Positions 27,531-37,674 of a DNA stretch of 64,000 nucleotides are shown one piece after another. Each line of letters starts with the position of its first letter. The stretch's first letter is position 1. A program made the translations under genes and the position numbers. The stretch is from Paraspadella gotoi (lineage: Eukaryota > Animalia > Chaetognatha): NCBI GenBank assembly GCA_051294375.1, contig CM119270.1:6514503-6578502 (forward strand). The letters run 5' to 3'. The notes beneath the pieces were generated by a model. It saw nothing but the letters and a program-made list of their open reading frames with translations, was not told the DNA's origin and did not search any database.

Positions 27531-28350
27531 CTCTCTCTCATGTAATCAAAGTTATTAATTTCGTCGCTCACGGTTCCGCCAAGGTCGTCCACCCGCCCAT
27601 TTTTTTCCCCAACCACCCTTCGTCCCATATTTTAACCCACTCACCCTCGCAATTTGTTAAACAATGTAAACATAAAAAATAATCAAGAAATAACAAAACA
27701 AGTATTAATCCATTGCACTGAAGTTTTTTTCTTTTCTTTCAACTCCAACAATCTTCCACATCCGACCGAACACCACCCGACGCCACCGACGCCACCGCCG
27801 CAACACACCCCGTCATTTCTGAGCGTGGAGGGTTGAGCTAATGATGTCTGGACTTAATTTCATTTGGCTCCAAGGCCCGATTTTTTTTCCTTTTTTTCCT
27901 TTTTTTCCTTTTTCTTTTTTTTTCGCTCGCGTCGTTGAACATTCTCGTCTGGTAGAAGGCGGGAAAACGGGAAAGTGCGGGAGACAGAGAGAGAGAGAGA
28001 GGGAGAATAGTAGACAGGGCACTAGAACTAGAGAGAGTGAACCAGAAAGATGTAGATAGAATGAGGATGAGTTAAAGAAAAAGAAGAATGAGCGAAAGTA
28101 AGAGAAGAGTTCAGGTGAGTTCCAGAGAGTATAGTAAAGTCGTAAGGTGAGGGCGAGAAGCGGAGAAATCGGCGTTCGACTGAGGGCGCTGGAAGGCCTT
28201 GTGAAAGTTCGCCCTGGACTGGCGACGGTTTGGGCGGGGCAAGTGGGTGGGCCCGTGGCGGCGCGCGGCGGCGGCGGCGGCGGCGGCGGCGCGCGCGCGG
28301 CGCGCGGCGGCGGCGGCGGCGTCGGCGCGGTGAAAGAGGTGGCCTATAGT
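21520..28350. other. Multi-copy inverted/direct duplicated block (probable mis-assembly)
   Basis: Block A (21520-22793) recurs inverted at 22821-23640 (partial) and 26253-27540 (full). Block B (27540-28350) has a noisy direct copy at about 24920-26227. Copy ends coincide with N gaps. Confidence 0.85.
25203..25595. repeat. Tandem array, 5 noisy units of about 70-80 bp
   Basis: Approximate consensus TAGTCGTTCTGGCCTCGATAGCGAGGCCCTGTGATATTTTCCGTCATCCACCCTACTAAGCTCATATAGTG; no unique spacers. Confidence 0.85.
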
Positions 28351-29704
28351 GGATTCAGCGCATGCGAAGCCTGAAGTTGTAAAGAAATCAGAACTCATAT
28401 TCTCCAATCTCTTTTATAAAGTTTAACTTTTTCTACTTTATTTAAATCATTTTTCTCGTTTTTTTTATTTAAAATGTATTATCTCATGATTTTTTATCTT
28501 TATTGACGTTTCTATAGTAGCACTTTAGAAAGAAAAAAATATTTACATCATTGCTTTTACAACACAACGAAGTTGTTTTTCAAAAACTGCTTTGTACAAA
28601 CCATACTAAAAATTTTTCTCTCTCTCATTAAAACTATTTTATCAGAGTTTCTTTTCTTTCCTTCCTTTTCTTTTTTCCTACTACCTCCACTACTTGCCGT
28701 TCCCTTCTTCTTCCTCCCTTCCTCTACCACCCCTTCCCCCGCCTTCCCCCTTTTCCCTTTGCCTCCAACGAGTCCCTTTGCAGCCATAATACATTCGCCG
28801 ATTTTAAACAATGGCCGATCCGTGAAATTGACTTTCTCTTTTCCAGGGTCGTGGGGGAACTGAAGAAATGGGCGGATGATTTGAGAGGGGGGGAAGATGT
28901 AATGGGGGAGACGGGGGGGGGGAAGATAAGAGTGAAAGGGAGTGAGGAGGAAAGAGAGGGATGGTATGATTAAGGAAATGAGATGAATGAAGTACAATAG
29001 AAAAAAAGAAGAAAGGAAGATTGAATGAGAGAGAAAGAAAGAAAGAAAAAAAAAGAAAAAAAGATGAAAATTGCGCTACCATAGATCACGAAAAGGGTTC
29101 ATTGCGAACTCATGGCGCATAAGTTGGGGCCGATGAAGGTAGACGAGGAGAATAGCATGGTAGGGAGGAAAGGAAAGGAGGAACAAAATGACATGGAATC
29201 GAATTTAAAGAGGAGAATAGGAAGAAGAGAAGGAAAGAAGAGTGACAGAAAAAAAAGGAAAAGAAAAGGAGATAAGACGAGCAGAAAAGCGAAGGTGGCG
29301 GGAAAAGGGAGGAATAAAAGAAATAAGGAGGAAAGGAAACTAAAAAGATTCCGTGCTGGAGTGAAAGGAAAGTGACGGGGGTGTCAATAAAAGGGAGGAA
29401 AGGAAAAAGAGGTCAGGAGGCCGATTGGCTGAAACGAGATGTCGCCTCTCATTTGTCGATTGTTGTTCACGAAAATGGATGAGTCTTGGGAGGAGAAATT
29501 CAGTTGAGAAAAGGACAAGTTTGAACAATTTTTAGAGGGAAGCTGAATTTCTTAGTTAGGGGGATGTGCACTGCACATTGTGCAGTGTTGGAGAAATTGC
29601 GCGCATTTTGTCTTGTCTTATGTCATTTGAAAATCAATGTTCATAATTCATCGCGCATCGTATTTTACTGTAATATTTTTATTTTTTTCACATAACAAGG
29701 CATC

Positions 29705-29975
29705 AAGGTTTCGTTCATCTCGTTTCGTTCATCTCGTTTCATTCATTTTGTTTCATTCATTTTCTTAGATACGTCACTTTTCATTTATCTTAATTCATTA
29801 CTTCATTAATTTTTCATTCATATCATTTCATTCATCTCGTTTCATTCTTTTTTTTCGTGCATCTCGTTGGTTCATCTCGTTTCATTCATCTCTTATTGTT
29901 CATCTCGTTTCATTCATCTCTTTTCGTTCATCTCTTTTCGTTCATCTCGTTTCATTCATTCACGACTCGTTCATC
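29705..29975. repeat. 14-bp minisatellite (TTCATTCATCTCGT)n
   Basis: Directly visible degenerate tandem units. Confidence 0.75.
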
Positions 29976-31817
29976 ATCACAATCGAAAAGCCCCGCCGCC
30001 GGTGAAGCCATTTTCTTCGGGTCAGTGAAGCCGCGAAAAAGAATAAGAGCGTGAGAAGGCCATTTTGAGGGCGAGGCCCATTTCAAAGGGTAAGGGGTCC
30101 ATCGCCAAAAAAGGTGAGGTCCATTTAAAGGTCAAACTCGGTTCTCAAGACAAACTCCCGTTTTTTTGAGACCGCCGCTATTCTTCGTTTATGGATTTGG
30201 ACGTCGGGGGAAGAACGGAAGTATTTTGGGCGGGATGGAATGAGGTGGCTTGTGAAAGCATCATAGAAAACCTGAGACAGAAAGATTTTCCAAAAAAAAA
30301 AAAAAAAAAAGAGAACAAATGAAAATAAAAAACTGAAAAAAAGATTTTAAAAATTGTAAAAACGTCCACAACTCTGTTGCGAACTATTCTAAAAGAGAGA
30401 TAGAATGTAATTGAAAAGAAATTTCCCGAATTCAAAGCAAATTTACTTTCTAAACTAAAACACATAACATAATAATTAATGATTGATAATATTAATGATG
30501 ATAAGCAGTTACAATGAGCCTCAATTACTCCGGTGTCTCTGCAATTGTATATTGCTAAAAATCAGTTTTCGCGGGAAAATGAAGTTTTTTACGCTCGAAT
30601 CTCCGTAGAATTTCCGTCGAATCGCAGCCGCAAAAACACAATAAAATAACAGAAGGTCGAGGCTGAGGTTGCTGGGCCCAATTCACTGGGCAGAAACTAG
30701 ACGGTCAAACTCGACTAGTTGCAAGAAAAGGTAGGTTTTTGGTCAAAATGGTGAGGAACGCGATGATATAAATAATGCGGAGTTTTAAAATGGGAGATGG
30801 GAGAAAAGTACATGAAATGTATCCGAATTACGATCGAAAGAAAATTAAAAGACAACTGATGTTGAACCATATGTCTTTGCGGATCTGAATTGCCCGGTCC
30901 AAGTATGGACAGAAAGATCGATCGACCCCTATTGGCCAAATCAGTCCGCGTTTGTCCCGTCCCCATGTTGCCCCCCTGGAGCGCCCCCCCTCCTCTACTA
31001 AACCCCCCAAGCGGCCTTCCGCGGCCTCGACGCTTCCGATGGAAACAGACAATTTCGGCGCCGAAATCCGGCGCCATTTTCGCGCCGGATTTACGACGCC
31101 CTCACATTCAGGGGCGCGCCGCAAACAAATAAAAGGATTCCGCGGCGCTAGACAGATGACGGCGGGACTTAGGTGTTTTTTTGGGGGGGAATAATAGACG
31201 TTAAATGGAATGAGTAACTTAATTTAATTTTTTTTCATTTTTAAACATAAAATATTATTATATTATCCTGCTATTGTTATCCTGTTAATCTTAAACAATT
31301 TTCCTTTAACATTATTAACGCAGAGAATTGATAAAATATTGTTGTTAAAAATCAATTATATTCAAAAATTATGAATGAAATAAATTTTAACTTAGAATTT
31401 AAATTAAAAAAATTGTGTGTTTCTTCAATAAAAAATTGTAATAATCTACGTTGAAGTCTAGTGAATAAACAATGTAAATATAATTTAAATTTACCATTTT
31501 AAAAATCGCACAACGTCGCTCATCTTCCTCCTTCGTCTGTCCGAAGGGAAATCAAAATGAGAAAGTCACTCAACCAAATCAAACAAGCGAATAAAAGCAA
31601 ACGAGGGCGACTCACCGAATAAGGGATGGTGGAGGGTGGAGGGGGCGGGGGGGGCGGGAGCGGAGAAAAGAAGAAAGTGACTGGGATGGTGGCGGGTGGC
31701 GGGTAGAGAGGAAGAGGAGGAAGAGGAGGAGGAAGCGAAGCAAATCGTTTCTACATTCGTCGAATACAAATGCGAATCTTTTCTGTTCTTCGCGCGTCAA
31801 AAAAAACAAAAAAAACC

Positions 31818-31980
31818 GTGGCGCTGACCCTCTAATTGCGCCACGACGAATGGCGTTGACCCCTTTGATTGCGTCAAAGCGATGACGCTGACCTATTTCT
31901 TTACGGAAAAAGATTGCATTGACGTCTGAGGGAAAACGATGGCGCTCAAGTCGGAGTTATTAAAAACGATGGCGTTGACT
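31818..31980. repeat. Degenerate ~30-bp tandem repeat, about 6 copies
   Basis: Recurring (GA)TGGCGYTGACC core. Confidence 0.6.
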
Positions 31981-32436
31981 TTTGTGAGACTCAATGTGAA
32001 TTCGTGATAGGGTCAATTCCTGATACGGCCCTTTCACTTTTTATGACAAGAAAATATTGAGACGCACTTGATAATTGGGAGTTCTAATGAATCGAAAGGA
32101 TAATAATAAATCTCAGTTGATAGAAATGACTGTTTATTATGACTAAATGAGTTTTATGAAAATGAGATTTTTAAATGTGTATTTTTTATCGCTCAAAGGT
32201 TGTAGTTTTTTTTGTTTTTTGTTTTTTTTTGCGCAGGCGCAAAAGTGTTTGTTTTTTCTCTTTTTGTCATCCACCTTAATTCGTGGTTGTCACTCTGACT
32301 TTATCTTTTTCCTCTTGTAGTTTGAAAAGTCTGTAGGTCTGGCTCGAGGCAGACCGTCAGTCGGTGGGGCCTTGTCTGGCTGTCTGTGCGTCTGAGGTTC
32401 TGTCTGCCTTCTTCTTCTTCTCAGATTCTTATTTTT

Positions 32437-32677
32437 TGTTGCGCCGCGAGTACTCGCGGAGCTACTCTATAAGTCACTTTTCGGTCGGTCTGTCGGTCGG
32501 TATATCTATCCGTCGGTCTGTCCCACTGTCCCACTGCTCATTTGTTAAAACAAGAAAAAGCCCACTAGCGCCGCCTTTTGATTTTAAAGAAATCTTATAT
32601 ACACGGAAATCCAAAGGATAAGAAACTAAAAATAAAAGTAATGCGGCGCAACACATTGGAATAACCGTTTCTTGTTT
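32437..32677 (+). mobile_element. Short DINE-1/HINE-like element, subfamily B
   Basis: subTIRs TGTTGCGCCGC / GCGGCGCAACA (32643-32653), 5' palindrome CCGCGAGTACTCGCGG, core ACTCTATAAGTCACTTT, (GTCG/GTCT)n, and a CTTGTTT terminus like subfamily A. Confidence 0.68.
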
Positions 32678-32856
32678 GTAGTTTTTTCTCCTTTTTATTT
32701 GTTTCCCGTTTTTTTTTTCATTNNNNNNNNNNCCCAATTTTTCCGAGATTTCCCAGAGGAAAGAAACCGAAACCCGACGAGAGAGAATCTGTCGCGTGTG
32801 AGAAAAGAAAGGAAAAAGGAAATCGAGAGAGAGAGAGAGAGAGAGAGAAAGAAGGT

Positions 32857-32895
<39 letters not shown>

Positions 32896-33289
32896 TGTCC
32901 TGTACAAATTGAAAAGTGAATAAGTTGAGAGGGAAAAGAAGGAAACATTAGTAATAAAAGCTGACGCCGACGACTGAAGCCAGAAAAAGAAAACGTGTGG
33001 AAAATGAAAGCGAACGACATAAATAAATCAATTAAAGAAAACTGACAAAGCTTCGGAGGTTTTTGCGACAACAAAAATAAATTGAACAAAAAAGTAAGAA
33101 ACTATTGCTACTCGGAGAAAAAACTTTGTGAAACCCAAAATAACCGATGAGAGGAGCGAAGGCTTATAGTGAAAAAGTGTGAGAGATAAAACGTGAGTGT
33201 GAGATGCTCAGTCTTTAGACAAAACAAGTGTACAATTTTGCTTGATAGATCTCACCACCGTCACTTAAAGACGAAACCTTTATTTTTCG

Positions 33290-33358
33290 CTTCAGAGATG
33301 GCGCCTCTACGCTTCGCCTCAGAGATGGCGCTTCTACACTGCGCCTCAGAGATGGCGT
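33290..33358. repeat. 27-bp tandem repeat, about 2.5 copies
   Basis: GCYTCAGAGATGGCG occurs three times at a 27-bp period. Confidence 0.8.
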
Positions 33359-33788
33359 GAAATTAAATTCACGCTAAAGCGACGAAGTCACACGCGCGTT
33401 CGAGCGACGGTTTTATTGAAAGTCTCGTCGTCGTTGGCATCGCTTCAGTCGCCACGATCCAGTTTTACTTTTTTTCGTTTCTCTCTTTATTTTTAAAAGT
33501 TGTAAAAAATTATTTAAAGATATTTAACAATATTTCATACAGAATTGTTGATTAATTGAATTGAAAGATTAAAAAGAGATTTAGCAAAGGAATTCTGTAG
33601 ACTGGATCCCTGAACCAACCAGCCTACAATTCCAACATTAAAGACAATCATAAAATTTTTAATATTGAATAATCAATGATGAATAATCAATATTTCGCTT
33701 ATGACGCATTGTATAAAGGTTTTGAATCGTTTCACGAGCAGAGCGCTTATCATATAACTTTTCTTAACCAGAATTTTAATCCATTCTC

Positions 33789-34025
33789 TGTAGTGGGTAG
33801 TATTCATACCCCAATACTCTTCCGAGAATCAGCGCAGCACCTATGGCGCCGGAGATAGCAACGAGCTCCTCCCAACCCAAAAGGACTCGGGTTCGAGCCC
33901 TGCTGAATTCACACAAGTAAAAGCGGGACGGGGCGTCTAACCCCACTGTAGTGTCGGACTACAGCCCGACCGAGTCGGGACCTGTGTGCAATGGACGGGA
34001 AACTGCTCGCGGCTCGTCTTCCACA
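33789..34025 (+). repeat. 5' LTR of TRIM
   Basis: 237 bp, TG...CA, aligns to 34215-34452 with mostly 1-2 nt indels. Confidence 0.85.
33826..33910 (+). promoter_or_regulatory. tRNA-derived Pol III internal promoter (A/B boxes) in the 5' LTR
   Basis: A-box-like TGGCGCCGGAG (33844-33854) and B box GGTTCGAGCCC (33890-33900) at tRNA-like spacing. Confidence 0.65.
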
Positions 34026-34214
34026 TTGGTGAGCCCACACGAACACGCTGCACGTTAATACACCTCTGCCCCGGGCATGTTAACACACCTCTGCCTCGAC
34101 CATCGTGTGTGAAGCGGGAGCAGGAAGATGGCAGCCCCTCATAGAGTGCTCGGGCACAACCGTGCATCATAGCCATCACACCTGCGGCGGGTGTGTGATG
34201 CCTAGGGGGGGATG

Positions 34215-34452
34215 TGTAGTGGTTAGTATTTCATACCGCCACTTTCTCGTCCGAGAATCAGCAGCACTATGGCGCCGGAGATAGCACGAGCTCCTCCCAA
34301 CCAAAGGACTCGGGTTCGAGCCCTGCTGATTCACACAAGTAAAAGCGGACGGGGCGTCTAACCCACCTGTTAGTGTCGGACTACAGCCCGATCCGAAGTT
34401 CGGGACCTTGTGTGCACGGACGGTAAACTGCTGCGCGGCATCGTCTCCAACA
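34215..34452 (+). repeat. 3' LTR of TRIM
   Basis: 238 bp, TG...CA, preceded by the PPT and followed by the TCTC TSD. Confidence 0.85.
34255..34332 (+). promoter_or_regulatory. tRNA-derived Pol III module in the 3' LTR
   Basis: TGGCGCCGGAGATAGCAC (D-arm-like), CTCCCAA (Gly-CCC-like loop), CGGGTTCGAGCCCTG (T arm), closed by a perfect 10-bp stem GAATCAGCAG/CTGCTGATTC. Confidence 0.65.
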
Positions 34453-34666
34453 TCTCACTGGTTATATGGCCTTTATTATTTTACGTATCACATATATAGG
34501 TTTAAATTATTATCCCCATATACCCTTATTTCCTCATCTTTATTCATAGTCATTCCCTTTCTCTTAATCCTTTAGCCATCTACCCTTTTCACTATGGTAT
34601 TGTCTTTCCCTTTCCAATGTACCCTTTGGCCGTCTTTCTTTCTCTTTACGTATATTCTTTCGTTAT

Positions 34667-34727
<61 letters not shown>

Positions 34728-35513
34728 TTATGTATACTTTTATTTTCGTTTAACTCTTTTCACTCACAGCATTCACTTCCTTTTCCTTCTTCATCACTCA
34801 TTTCTGCCGATCCCCCTTCTTTCCCAAAACCCGTCACGCCAGATTGACTAAACCATTTAATATTTATTGTTCTCCATTTATTCTTTTAACTCTTTTTAAA
34901 CTTTTTTCAAGGCCACGGAAGGAAAGGGTAAGGAGGAGAAGGAGGAGGAGGAAGAGGAAGACGAGGACGAGGAAAAAGGTGGGGCGAGAATCCGGAGAAG
35001 AAGAATGAGCGAGAAATAATGAGAAGAATAAAGGAAAAAGATGTTGATTAATGGGGAAAAATGAAGCGGCGACAGAAAATAGAAAAGAAGTTTAGTGGAA
35101 AAAAGAGAGAAAGGAAAAAAAAAGCCTTTATTACGGGTGGAATTTAATGGAGCCTTTTTTTTTCTTTCGAGGGGGGGGGAGAAAATTTGTGAAAAGAGGT
35201 TTTGATGAATTTTTTTAAGGTAATGGGTGATTGATTAAATGTAATTTCTCACTGGGGAATTGCTGAATTTCCTTTTTGTTTGTAAGCAATATTGAAATTT
35301 TTAACATTATCATAGCGAGAGTCGAATTTTTTTCATGGAATCAAATCGCATCATTTTGTAGGTTATTCACTTTTTTTTTTCGCTACATTAATAGTACATT
35401 AATAAACCATCTATAATCCATTAAAACAGACTGAATACTTCGTCGGTCGAAACTTTTCACGCTTGGCCTGAAGCAAACTTACTCTCGACTGCTTTGTAAG
35501 GAGGTTGCTGTTG

Positions 35514-35544
<31 letters not shown>

Positions 35545-36151
35545 TGGTGAAAATATGCGATGGAAAAATACAAGGAGAAAAGACGATTATTCTCTGATAA
35601 AATTATAGTAAACATATCAAATAATATTTGAACAAGATTAATTTGATAATCACTCAACATGTCTAAAAATCAGGAGATCAAGACCAGCAGCTCGTTCATC
35701 AAACAACAAATGTATTTTATATCAATTCTGCCTCTGTAAATAACGAAATAAAATATACAAATTTGTAATTTAGACTGCCTTGAAAAATGATTTCGCATGT
35801 GAATTGAAATATTGGCAAAAAAAATTGTCATTTGCAAACTTGTGANNNNNNNNNNATAACGAAATAAAATAAACAAATTTGTAATTTAGACTGCCTTGAA
35901 AAATGATTCCGCTATGTGAATTGAAATATTGGCAAAAAAAATTGTAATTTGCAAACTTGTGAAGATTTTTTTATTCTGAAAGATTTTTTTTGTAGTAAAA
36001 ACATAAATCTTTTATATAAAAAAAGAAATTTTAAAACAATTGTTTTTTTTTCCCAAAAAAATCTTCGTCAACCGTCGAAATAATTTTCGTCGATAATCAA
36101 TCGGGCTGAATCTCACCACCCACGCCGAACAACACAACGCTCACAACAATG

Positions 36152-36220
36152 ACGCCGCCAACGCCGCCAACGCCGCAACGCCGCCAACGCCACCAACGCC
36201 GCTAACGTCGCCAACGCCGC
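36152..36220. repeat. (ACGCCGCCA)n 9-bp tandem repeat
   Basis: About 7 degenerate units. Confidence 0.75.
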
Positions 36221-36838
36221 CCAGAGACCCACGCCGCCCCCAACGCTGCTTTATCATCCAAGGTTACCACGCCCACATCCGGTAATATCGACGATCTGTC
36301 GCCACGCTCACCCTCTTTCTCCCAACCGCCCTCTGGCGGCGAGGTTTTTGCGAATCCAGACATCAGTGAAACGACGATGACGACGACGACGACTAGAACG
36401 AGAAAAGTACGACGACGACAATGATGACGACATAACGACGACGACGACCTAGAAAATCGCAACAACTTTGACGACAACGACGAAAAAAAACACGAAATTG
36501 AAGTAAATCGACGTCGTCGTCGTCGTCGTCGTCATTTAAGAGACCCCGAGAGACTCGTGTACCAACGAGTGTTAAGTCTCGCCGTGCAATCGCTCCTCCC
36601 ATCCGAGAATGAGGCACACCCGGTCGGAAGCGAAGTTAGCTAATTGTTTCGACTGTTTTAATCGGGAATAAACCAGCAGTGTCGATCACTAAAATAATAT
36701 TCAAAACTTTTGGGCTGATGCGTTTTATTTATTCAAAATGTTTTGAAAATATTTTTTTAAAAAATAAAACTTAACTCATAAAAAAGTTTAAGGCTTTCAA
36801 ATTTAAGATTTCATCAGCTCTTGAATCAAACCTCTTGT

Positions 36839-37323
36839 TCAAAAGCAAGGCCCCACATCGGAATTCCACAATCTCAAATGCGAAATGGCCACATTGTAAA
36901 CTCCGAAACGTTTATAACGAGATCCAGTAAATTGGACGGCGTAGCACGAGAAGGCGCCCCTCGCCGTCGCCGGGACCACGCCGACGTGATCCTGGTCGCA
37001 ATCGACCCATTCGATCTCCGTTTGCGTCATCAAGATTCGCCAGGTGGAGTCCTGGCCGCAGAAATCCTCGTTGGATCCCAAGAGCCTATAGGAACTCGGG
37101 GCCATGAACAACGCCGAGTAGAAGCAGTCGCTTCGAGGTTTAAAGGCCACGCGGGACACGACGAGCCGTTGGGGGAAAGAGATGAAGAGCGCGTGGGGCA
37201 GGGGAACTTCTTTGGCCGAGTGATAGAGGGCGCTACGGTCGGAGAGGAAATTGGAAAAGTCCTCGTCGGGAAACCATTGAGACGTCGTGTTGATAGAAAG
37301 AGGAGCGATGGTAATAAGGCCGC
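36839..37323 (-). CDS. Terminal coding exon of a secreted F5/8 type C (discoidin / galactose-binding-like) domain protein
   Basis: Acceptor TTTTAATTACCAG|GC at 37323, then an open frame to TGA at 36841-36839: GLITIAPLSINTTSQWFPDEDFSNFLSDRSALYHSAKEVPLPHALFISFPQRLVVSRVAFKPRSDCFYSALFMAPSSYRLLGSNEDFCGQDSTWRILMTQTEIEWVDCDQDHVGVVPATARGAFSCYAVQFTGSRYKRFGVYNVAISHLRLWNSDVGPCF. The motif order (YHS..PLPH.L.I.F / V..V.F.PR / PSSY.L.GSN / W..L / CYAVQF / VAISHLRL) fits the F5/8C beta-sandwich. The exon is more GC-rich than its flanks, and there is a minus-strand AATAAA near 36724-36733. Domain recognised by eye. Confidence 0.85.
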
Positions 37324-37547
37324 CTGGTAATTAAAAGTTACCTCAGTCTTAATTTATTAATTCTTAATTAAATTAATCAAATATGTTATAAGGCCGCCTG
37401 GTAATTAAAAGTTACTTCAGTCTAAATTCTGATAATTAAATTATTCAAATGTGTTACGGAAATGAAATAAAACGATCAAAGACTATATAAAAAAAACTTT
37501 AGCTATTTAAGATAACATTTAAAAAGTATTATTTCTTTCATTCTTAC

Positions 37548-37674
37548 CTCTGTCACACTGCAATTGATTATAGAGAGATTTATTCCAGAAGGGTGCAGAG
37601 TTTAGTGTTTGAAAAGCTTGACTGCCAAGGCAGATGAAAATAGAAACAGTTATGAAATCTTTATTTGGTAACAT
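37548..37674 (-). CDS. First coding exon (signal-peptide-like) of the F5/8C-domain gene
   Basis: ATG at 37674 gives MLPNKDFITVSIFICLGSQAFQTLNSAPFWNKSLYNQLQCDR plus 1 nt, then donor G|GTAAG. The phase-1 junction joins in frame to the 37323 acceptor across a 224-nt intron. An upstream acceptor (TTTCGCAG| at 37701) suggests a further 5' exon. Confidence 0.78.

Larger units (their letters stand above)
33789..34452 (+). mobile_element. Complete non-autonomous miniature LTR retrotransposon (TRIM) with a tRNA-like module in its LTRs
   Basis: Direct repeats 33789-34025 and 34215-34452, each TGTAGT...ACA. PBS-like TGGTGAGCCC starts 1 nt after the 5' LTR (34027). PPT AGGGGGGGA (34204-34212) lies just before the 3' LTR. 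4-bp TSD TCTC (33785-33788 / 34453-34456). The 189-bp interior is non-coding. Confidence 0.88.

Noticed and set aside
33826-33910. Functional tRNA gene
   Set aside because: Anticodon and acceptor stems are non-canonical, there is no terminator, and it is embedded in an LTR.
33789-34452. Hammerhead retrozyme
   Set aside because: No CTGANGA...GAAA core found by eye on either strand.
35735-35961. 110-bp tandem duplication
   Set aside because: Straddles a 10-N gap, consistent with unmerged overlapping contig ends; the same applies at about 9335-9540.
36821-37330. 169-aa plus-strand ORF
   Set aside because: Antisense shadow of the F5/8C exon, which has the splice sites and domain motifs.
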